DNA of 53,306 bases, counting the filler, from Catajapyx aquilonaris (Eukaryota), in the NCBI GenBank assembly GCA_000934665.2. It is 3 parts of 3 records of this genome, joined end to end, with 100 filler letters (N's around TTAATTAATTAA, not from the genome) between each part and the next. Parts side by side here need not be neighbours in the genome. Positions count along the whole stretch, not along the records: positions 1 to 17,730 come from KZ539611.1; positions 17,831 to 35,525 come from KZ539612.1; 1 more part is not named here. The stretch is one strand, 5' to 3'. A program made the translations under genes and the position numbers. Each line of letters begins with the position of its first letter. Positions within the stretch are counted from its first letter, which is position 1. The notes below the pieces were generated by a model. It was not told where the DNA came from and ran no database searches. It saw only the letters and a program-made list of their open reading frames with translations. Below are positions 11,901 to 21,193 of this stretch, piece by piece.

Positions 11901-14740
11901 CTCTGCGGTCAGATTGGACACTGGTGCTCGGGTTCAATTTGTGGCTGGCCTATTATGGGCGACGGCTAGTTGGTCATCAGGAGGTCTTTTTGATTTGCTA
12001 CACAGGGGGAAGGGGTAGCTTCCCCAGCAAGCACAGCTTCCCTAGAAAAGACCTAATGGCTACCCCGAAGTTGACCCCTGCGGCTATTAGACTCTCAGTT
12101 GGCAAGGTATACATGGCTGATAACGATTCCCCTTCACCGCAACTTTTGACCCTGACCGGACTTTTTGGGGGGACGTATTAAAATGCGAATATTTTTGATC
12201 TGGATATCTGGGTAGTCCGGAGGGGGTTGTAAATCCTGGACCGTCCCACTCATTATCGGAAGCCATAATTTTACAAGGGCCCTGAGTGCGGGTGGTCTCA
12301 TCAGCCAATGGGTATATTGTCGAAGGTGAGCATCAATCATGGGATTGGAGCGGAGGATCTAATCGCTGCTCTCATTTTCTGACACAAGTGCAGCTTTGCT
12401 CCCACTATACCAATGGTATCCTCTTTTTTGGGAAAAGAGTCGAACTTTTTTCCCTGGCACTCAGACTGATTGCTGTGATTATTGTAGCTGAAATGTTAAA
12501 AATCGCATTAGTGGAGTGGGAACCTATCAGGCTTGCTCCAGATCGAGAGAAAATCGCTACTGAAATTTTTGCTTGGAAATTCGGATTGCAAAATTATTTC
12601 TAAGTGAAAGATCCACTTTTAAAATCAAGTAGAAAGTCAAGTTCATTTAACCATAAATTAAACATTATTGCGCATCAATTATTTAATCGTGTTCATATTC
12701 CTACTGTAAATTGTTAAAAATACTAATTAAATCCTCCCCTTCTGGTTATACACTTTTTAGCCTTTATGTAGACTATTGTAAACATTAAGGTGAGGAAACT
12801 GGTTGCATCAGGTATCACATGCTAAATATAACCCAGCAGATTTGTTTTAAAATGCCCTTCAAATGAAATAAACATTGTAGTTGCACTGATTACTAGAATA
12901 ATTAATGCATTGATGAAGTTTGTTTCCTGTGTGTGCATATGGAAAATTACACATGCCCATGCGCTTCTATTTCACACGAAGCGTAAAGTAGTGAACTGCA
13001 ATATAGTACTACCAAAATTCTGTCCGCCTAATACAGCGTAGTATATTGTGTCGGGCACACCAATCGTATGAAATGCTATCCTTCAATCCGCAGAGATTAC
13101 CATCAATAGCCCAATGATGACGTGGCTGATTACGCGCTCATAAAAAACTCCGCCGGCGGCTGCCCTTTGAGAATTTGCATGACTCGGAAAGTGTATCAGT
13201 CCGAGGGGAATTGATAAGAGAGATCTTTTACGCTGCAAACTAATGCCATCAATCAATATTGCGCTTTACACTGTCAGGCATAGTACTTGAAGCGTCACAC
13301 AGCTGGAAAAATGTATCCCTCAGGAGTACAGCTTGCGTGATCACTTATGGCCATTAGCAAAATCTCTTGAAACTGCTAATACAAGCTTAGTGAAATAATT
13401 TGCAGGGCAAATATACACATTGTCCTGCTAATACGCGTCACTAGCCTCCACGGGCTTCTTAGAAATGGGTAATGTTCATGACAAAGAACCACTCCAAGCC
13501 GGATATACGAGCCGTTACTAAGAAACTCCCGTGCGAATAGCGGATTATCTATATACAACGAGGAACTGATTATTTTAAATCCCCCTTTTATTTTGATGTG
13601 ACAGGTCGGCACCTTCCCTTTTTTTTGTGCGTATATCGTCAATCACGCAGTTTCAGGAAAGCGGTAACTTAGACTAGTCAAGGGGAAATTACAGTACGGG
13701 TGTAGTTTAATCTAAACTCGTGTTTGACACGAAAGGTGCAAGATTCACGCTACTTGTATAGGAATGATAACAAATATTCCGGTATATATAGCAGTATGTG
13801 TGTGCTATTTCGCCATCTTGACACGGTGCCAAAGCGATGTAAGTTTTGATACTTACTTGTCACAACTCTCGTTCCAAAGAGTTACGTGTTTGTCCCATTG
13901 TTGGCAAGGTTTCTGCAGATGAAGTTAGTGACATGGTCACAAACCCGGTTTAAGGAACGACCGCCAGCAAATTGGATCTTTGTCATAGTCCACACATAAA
14001 ACAGTGTGCTTCTCTACCATCCTTTTTTTTCTGTCCCTGTTACACCCGAAAAGGGCTCATTAGCGCTCTCGGACAGTACTCCTTCCGGTTGAGGTGACCA
14101 CCAGTTCATAGCACCTTTCTTCCAATTAGGCCCACAACCCCATTTCGCCTGACTGCAAAGCGAAATTGGCAAAGGCCTAGTTTTTTCCTTTGTGTTTCGG
14201 ACGCCTATTCTATGACAAAAAAGAGGGGTTGCAACAACACCAGTACAATTGCTCAAAGTTTCGATAGGCATGGTAAATCCCCCGTTACATTGCTGCGTAA
14301 ATAGTCGTCTCTGTCATTACTCCTGTGCCGAGTTTGGCTTGAAATTCGTCCCCAGCGTCCATTAGCAGGGACTTAATTCGGACGGCCAGGGTGCTTTTCC
14401 CGCCTTTTTCCATCCCCCCCTCTAGTAAATGCGCCGCTGGACCAATGACCAGATGACTTTGTAATTATTTGTCCATGGAAAAGGGGAGGGGGTGGTCAGA
14501 GGGCGCTGAGAAGGAAGTGGTTGGGATGGCTAACTTCTAATGAGTAGTTCCCATTTCCAGTGGCGTCCATGCTGTGGGGGATTAATGGAGGACGCACCGG
14601 AATACGGAAAGAGGTGCTTTTGGTAGGGGCTGACTCACCCGGATCTTGCCTTCGGTATGGCCCTGAATAAATTACTGGGGAGAGAGGCTTCCCTTTCATC
14701 TCACATATCATAATGCACAATATTGGCCAGCGAAAGTAAT
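6400..14740 (-). pseudogene. Cluster of decayed, apparently intronless, unassigned coding relics (candidate endogenous virus or transposon cargo)
   Basis: Successive ORF-track fragments share one minus frame across stops (6614-6805, 6935-7120, 7349-7534; 10108-10290, 10552-10806; 10958-11140, 11279-11761). Coding-like blocks are separated by AT-rich spacers. No product recognised. Confidence 0.5.
8883..8951. repeat. (ATT)n microsatellite, ~23 units
   Basis: Direct reading. Confidence 0.97.
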
Positions 14741-15499
14741 GTACGAAATGTTGATGGGTAATTCGGGTAAACCTCAGATTTGTTGCTATGTTATACCATT
14801 TTTAATAATAATTATTACATCCTAATATTACATCCTAAGCACCTTTGAGCGTCACAAATGAACAGTCTGTAAATATAACGCTGGACTTTGAAACTTGGCG
14901 AGCTGCCCAAATGGACCCGATGTGTGAAGCCATGATTCAGCTACTCTTTTATTCAGTATTTCAGTGAGTGTGTGGAGTCCAAAGTTGGTGGAGCCCTGTC
15001 GTTCTTCGGTTCTCATTTTCGTAACCTTTTTCGCACTATGGCGTCTGTGTTTCAAGGTATGAGCTACATCCTCGTCACATTTTTTCATACTCTGATACTA
15101 CAGTCATCTTGTTCGAAAGTGATCTTCATGTTGAAATACTGTATGTGCCTTTTTATAACGCTAATGCAAGTTAGAAAACAGAGTTCGTGTCATACAGAGC
15201 TTTCTTCACGTCTCTTCACTGAGATATATGTGGTACGACACAGATTAAGTCCTTTACGACTGAAAAAAATCAAAATTTGGCTGCCAAGACTTACGTTTCA
15301 TTAATATTAAAAACATAATCTCCCCCCCCCCCCCNNNNNNNCCCCCACCACCACCACCAGGTTCGAAATGTGAATCGAACCTCTTGTATCAAAACCTTCG
15401 CTGCAAGTGAGTCACCTCTGTCAAATACTTACGCGGCTTTCTCCATGCCAATACGATTTTCGCTGATTTTCAAGAGTCAGCGCGCCTATCTCGAACGGC

Positions 15500-16150
15500 A
15501 GTGGTGTTGCCCATGTATAGTGACTCCCAAAATGACAGCCTGGCCGCTGAAGTTTGTCACATCCTTTCTCGGAACTTCCTCAGCAGATACAGCACCATAT
15601 GGGAATTGACCTCACGGACAAAAGAAATATTTTTGAAGAACAACAGCACATTTGATGGTTGTATGTGGAAGTCAGGTTTCACAAGAAGAAGAAAAAAAAA
15701 CAGCTCCAGAGAAACGTGATCGGCGCGGCCCTCCCAGAACGGCCTTCTCGGAGGGTTGTGAGAGGACAAAACGTCGGAGGACCGAGGAAGTAAGGAAGGT
15801 TGCAACCACACCTGAGCTTACAGTCTTGAAGCTGCGTGCATACTGAGGGGGGGAAAAGACGCGGTAAACCTAGTAAAGCAAGTAATACAGCCACACCTAC
15901 CAGAGCCAAGTCGATTCTTTCTAGATACCGACAGAGTCTTATAAGCAAGTCTGCAGTTCGTATAACAGTGGAGACGAAGCGAAATTGACGAAACACCAGT
16001 ACCAGATCTTACGAAACCGGGACAAGGACAGTAAAAATGCTGACATTTTCTTATCATACCACATATAGATTCAGATGCTAAGAAGAGGTGCTACCCAGAA
16101 GACACTGTTACAACAGACACTTCAGCCGAAGTCCGGCCTGTCTTTTTTCA
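15500..16150 (+). mobile_element. Degenerate Transib (RAG1-related) transposase, N-terminal fragment
   Basis: Frameshifted motifs in the expected order: SRTKEIFLKNN, FSEGCERTKRRRTEEVRK, TPTRAKSI, KLTKHQYQILR, AKKRCYPEDTVTTDTSAEV; catalytic core absent. Confidence 0.78.
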
Positions 16151-16500
16151 GTTCATGAATGAAAGTATTAGCCCTGATTGGACATGAAGGCATGGATGTA
16201 CTGGTGGGTCAGTATAGGTGAACAATACAGCCTGGTTGTCACCGAACTGGACCTTGTTGTACAGTACTGTGTCTATCCTGCTGGAACGGGCTGGACACGT
16301 CGTAGACGGGTACAGTCGTACAGCTGACCTCCTGCTGGGTGGCTGGTACTGCTGCTGACCCCCCCCNCCCCCCCCCCCCCGGTCGTTCACTTCTGCTTGG
16401 GGTTCCTTGACAGGTAGGTCAAGGTATAACGGGTTCACGTCGAAGAACAAGTCTGTTTGGTGCACAGGGTCAAATGGGATCTCCGGGGCAAACGGGGAAA

Positions 16501-17490
16501 CTTTATGGAAAAGTCGCAAATGATGACGGCCATATTGGATCCGCCATCTTTATTTTCACATTAATTTCTGAGAGCATATTTGAAATCAGCGACTTAAAAT
16601 AAACCAAATAAATTTTTACATGACTATCCAACAAATATTTCTACTGTATATTATTTTGTCCGCCTTTTCACATGTTCGCAGGGTTCGATTCTCGGTCGTA
16701 CCCGTGTGCAGGGAGGGTGGGCATTTAGAGCATTAATTTCCTTTGTTAGTAAAGTCCTGTGATGAACATCGAACATATCATTGTCTTGCATTTCCCCACG
16801 GCATCCTACTCTTTGACTCGCACGGTACTACAGTACGGCTTAGGTTTGGTTTAGGTTTATTAGGAAGTAGCCAAAGCAACTATGGCTATCTGGCTCTAAG
16901 AGGTGCAAAGGTGGGACAGATGGAGAGAGAAACGAAGCTAGAAAAAGGGGGAAACCGCAAAAACGCAAATTGCAAAAACCTGTCCGACTTGGGTGGCCCT
17001 GCCAATAGACGAAGCTACCGGATTCATAGCGCTTGGGGGGGACTCTCTCAGACTCTGTGATGACATTTGTGATTGGTGTAATTTAAACTGTTCTTTTGAT
17101 TTATTTCATATCCTTTTTGAATGTTTAATATTTAATATACTCCTTTCCTCGTTTTCCTCCTGACCAACTCTCTTCTTTTTTATGACTGTATCGAAACAAC
17201 AAATCTTTCAAATTCACCAATGTTTGTCCAATGTTCATAAGTGTATGGTACACTGTTACTGAGAACCCACCTCTGATTAACTGTTATAGTGTACGTTTTT
17301 CTTTTTTGTGTATTTTTGGTAAACCTGTGTGTGTCCCCAAAAGGGCCCATGTCCCTATAAACGGGGAAGGAAAACAAACAAATAAATAAATAGCGCTTAG
17401 GGTCATGAGAGCACAGTACAGTAGTGACGACGCGACCTAGGCAGTGGAGGTCGTTGCGAGAGTCACACATAACATGTACAGCGGCGCCAT
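16501..17490 (-). repeat. Right arm of the long inverted repeat (interrupted at ~17040-17389)
   Basis: Reverse complement of 299-530 plus 1879-2234, and continuous across the point where the left arm is split. Confidence 0.9.
17040..17389 (+). mobile_element. Retroposed insertion (LINE 3' end or SINE) inside the right arm
   Basis: ~13-bp TSD atagcgcttgggg / atagcgcttaggg and an (aaat)n tail. Confidence 0.7.
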
Positions 17491-17730
17491 GTTCAGGTAG
17501 CACCTCATCATTAATTCCGGTTGTCCCTTTCACTTCCACATTTAATTGGTAATTATATCAAAAACTTTCCCTTCAGTAAAAAAAAGAGAAGTAAGACCTC
17601 CGCGGCGGAATAAAAGTACTGAAACAAGGCAGGCGCACGTAAGACCTTCACCAATTGATTTAAGCTGTACCATAGGTCTTACCAGTGGCGGATCTATGGG
17701 GGGGGGGGTGATCGGGGTGATCACCCCCCC

Positions 17731-17830
17731 NNNNNNNNNNNNNNNNNNNNNNNNNNNNNNNNNNNNNNNNNNNNTTAATTAATTAANNNNNNNNNNNNNN
17801 NNNNNNNNNNNNNNNNNNNNNNNNNNNNNN
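17731..17830. other. Artificial contig-joining spacer N44-TTAATTAATTAA-N44
   Basis: 100 bp, with a 12-mer giving stops in all six frames. Confidence 0.97.
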
Positions 17831-18799
17831 CACCATCAACTTATATCCCCCTCATCTCCACTATGGACCTCTCGATTTTATTCAAACAAACGGCAACTTG
17901 CACCCAAAGAGTGTGAAATTGAGACCAGTGGAAGGATTTTTTCTGCAAATCCCTAGTTTACGAATGGCAATTTTTTTTCATTCTCATCCCGGTTTCCTGC
18001 CTGTTTGGCACCCTAAATGTTGATTATTATAAATAATTTGCAAAATGTAATCCACTGATCTCAATTTCCTCCTCATGCTCAATCAAGTACATATAAAGCC
18101 CCTAAACGAGGAGGATATAGGAGGAGGAGGATGAAAAAGATTTCGCACTTCCCGACGCCGGAGAGACCTCGGACTTGCGCCGTTGGATTTCTAGCCGCCG
18201 ATATACCGATTCCAAAAATCCTCATAATCGCCAAATTCCCAGCCGTTTTCGAGATCGCCAAATTAAATGTAGACGCAAACCCGAGATCGCGAAATTAATG
18301 TATCCGCCAACTCCCCGCTTCGGTCGCCCAGAATTTCGTTAAAGCCCGAGAACAATGGCCTAATCCATCACCCGCTGACAGCTCCATTCCCTCTAATCCC
18401 ACCTAGCCTTTTTTCATGATACGTCACCGAGGGCGCATTTTAATACTCCACACTGTTGTGGACCGTGACGTCACGGGTTCTGTATACGGATACCACTCCG
18501 ACCAATTCTTGCGTAAAAAGACTTTGTGTGTTCGCATCGGAGAGTGGAGTAAGTGTGGGGCGGTACCTGCTCCGGGCGTCGCATAGTTAGGGAGACTTCC
18601 CGGGGCGGACCCTGCGCGCCAAAGGCGCGCCAATTGGGGCACAGCCCCACGGGGGGTGTGGGGGGGCGGAGCCCCCCCGCCTCGCAAAGCGAGTCATTTA
18701 ATATATAGTTGACAAGATTACAATAAGTAGTGTAGGAGAAAAAGGGGAGATAAGTTACATGGGATACGCCTATTCCCACTCGGGGGTGATGAACAGCCT

Positions 18800-18935
18800 T
18801 AAGGCCATCTCTGACTTCATCATGGGTGGTATTTCCAATAGACTAAACCACATAATGACCTAAGCAACTGTACTGCACTGCACCTTGCACATCCCCTCCT
18901 GTCACCTTCTCTATCGCTCGCAGTACCCGGGCGTT
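18800..18935 (+). mobile_element. 5'-truncated copy of the SINE family at 34235 and 40881
   Basis: Shared body aatgacct...gcactgcaccttgcacatcccctcc. Confidence 0.6.
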
Positions 18936-20608
18936 ATGGTAAAAGGACCATCTTATACTAGCTGTACTACAAAGCAAATAAAGGTACTGTGCCAGATGCC
19001 CATTGGGCGGAGCACCAAACCCAATATTATTATATTATTATTTATAGTTCTTGTGTGGCCAATATTACTACACATTTTCCAATTAGGGAGTGTTATTAAT
19101 TTCAATATTAACTTTAAACATTTTTGGCATTTTCATGAATATGCCATGAGAGAGTTGACTACTTCTCAATATTGCATCCATGTAACATTTTTCATCGCAA
19201 AAATCATTTTCTAAAGTGTAAGAAAGCATTTATAAGAAATACGATTCCATGACATTTTTGGAAAATGGAAAATGTGATATGATAAGTAATTGATTCTAAA
19301 ACTAATAGTAGGGGAGACCGGGGCAAGATGGCACACTTTTCATGTCATTTCATTTTTTCTGAGGCCAGTTAAGACTTATTCACTCTAATTTTTATCCAGA
19401 TAAATACTTGAGACATTTGAGAATATATCATTGGTGTTAAGGAGAAAGGGGGAATAGATCCTTCTTCAAAAAATGGCGAAAATGTATATGAAATGGCAGA
19501 TGTGTAGGTGGAACAATGTGCCTGTACGAGAAAGTAGTTCCGGCGAGTACACAAAAATGTGTTAAGAGCGCGCTCTAGGCTACGCTATTCATTGTTGCGG
19601 GTAGCCCGTCGCGGGCCGGCCCGTGAGTTTGACACTTCTTCCTCTCGCTGTCACGGCCGCAAATATGGAGGTATCGGCATGAAACTGGAGTATCTGGACG
19701 CGAAAGAGTTGCACTTTGAGATGGTGCGCTTATTTTTCTCCTGGGGCGATATTTGCGGCCGCCGCGGCCAGATACAGTTTTTTATTTTGACCCGCAATAA
19801 CTTCTTTCCATGTCGGTACCAGTGAAATTCGAGAGCGTCACGACCTTTGTACGGCGAATTACCGTAAGTGTGTGAAAGGGCACGAGTGTGGCAGTCTTGG
19901 TTTGGCCAAACTTTGGAATCGAAAATACCCCCCTCCATGAACAATAACAACTCGCACGAAGAAAGCGACGATCTGGCAGCGCCGCGCTGACTGCTAAGAC
20001 ACAGTGTTACCAACTGTGCCACCCTTGACTTGTTTACGTCGTTTTAATAATTATTAGCGCTCTACTTTATCCGGCCGTCGCCGTGGTTACCGAACTGGCA
20101 GTCAGCGCGGCGCCACGTGGTCCGCCATGGTCTGCCACAGTCGCCATAGGGGCCATGGTCTCCATGGTCCACCAAGGTTGATAGGGACATGTGCCAAAGT
20201 GCCCCAAACATCATGCCCTGTAGGCATTTTATTACCTTTTGAGTTCTCCTACTCTTGAATGACAAATATTAAATGGCCATTTATGCTGTCATTTTGTAGG
20301 CAGATATTCTGCCTTGCAAACACATTATTGGGCTGGGTGATCTAGCACTTCCATTGGAAGGAAAAAGAAAAACTAATGAAAAATGGAAATTTACTCAAAT
20401 GGTCAAAACCCGAAAAAATCGGTACTGCCGCCGACAGTCTTTTGCATTTGAATTGAAAATAGGATGTAATGTGGAGCGTGTCTATCTGCACCTACCACAT
20501 ACGCATCAGGTCCATGAACCTAATAGCCTCTTCACAAATTTGACTGTGCCATCGTACCCCTGTAGCCATCGTGCCCCGGTCTCCCCTATATCATATCTTT
20601 GTTCCCAA

Positions 20609-20814
20609 GTACATAGGCACGCAAAAAGAATGTCCGGGGAGAGTCTTCGTTCAGCCTGGTGGAGGCAAACCATTGCACCTGGGTAGCTAAGGGAGGAGGG
20701 AAAAAGCTCAGCAGATAAGCACGGACGTACACACAAGTGTGTGTGTACACATCTGTGCAATGGTTTGCCTCCACCAGGCTGAACGAAGACTCTCCCCGGA
20801 CATTCTTTTTGCGT
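20609..20814. repeat. Inverted repeat or MITE with long near-perfect arms
   Basis: acgcaaaaagaatgtccggggagagtcttcgttcagcctggtggaggcaaaccattgcac and its reverse complement. Confidence 0.85.
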
Positions 20815-20959
20815 CCGATAGTACATATCAAATTAGCAGTAAAGAACATATGAAGGTAACCTATCATAAAGTAAGACTGCAAGAGATAGTGCACTTCATG
20901 CTCCCTAATTTTGTGGGAAAAATCTATAAATTGTAACTGGAAAAATAAATTTTGCTAAC

Positions 20960-21193
20960 CTTTGTGTAGGGATCCACAAATAGGCGAGTAAAAACTTCTG
21001 TTACTTTTTTGAGCTCAACTGGCGTAAGGGTATTTCCATTGCGCAAGTAAATTTGTAACCCGGCTAGACCATCTTTACGGTCAGACCAGTGGCTTGAAGC
21101 ACAATTGGCTATTAGTTCTGGCACATCTTTCAAGGCTGAAGCATCATAATTCTCTCGATAAAGGCGCTGCTGAGATCCACTCCATGTGTATGG
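20960..21193 (-). CDS. CLASP: CLASP exon, start of TOG3 (PYTWSGSQQRLY...CASSHWSDRKDGL...FVDPYTK)
   Basis: ttacag acceptor, gttagc donor; 234 nt, phase 0-0. Confidence 0.93.

Noticed and set aside
1..17730. Downstream CLASP exons (rest of TOG3 and the CLIP-binding domain)
   Set aside because: None recognised, and this is a different contig across an artificial linker.
20506..20936. Overlapping ORFs repeating AMVCLHQAERRLSPDILFA
   Set aside because: Produced by the inverted repeat at 20609-20814.
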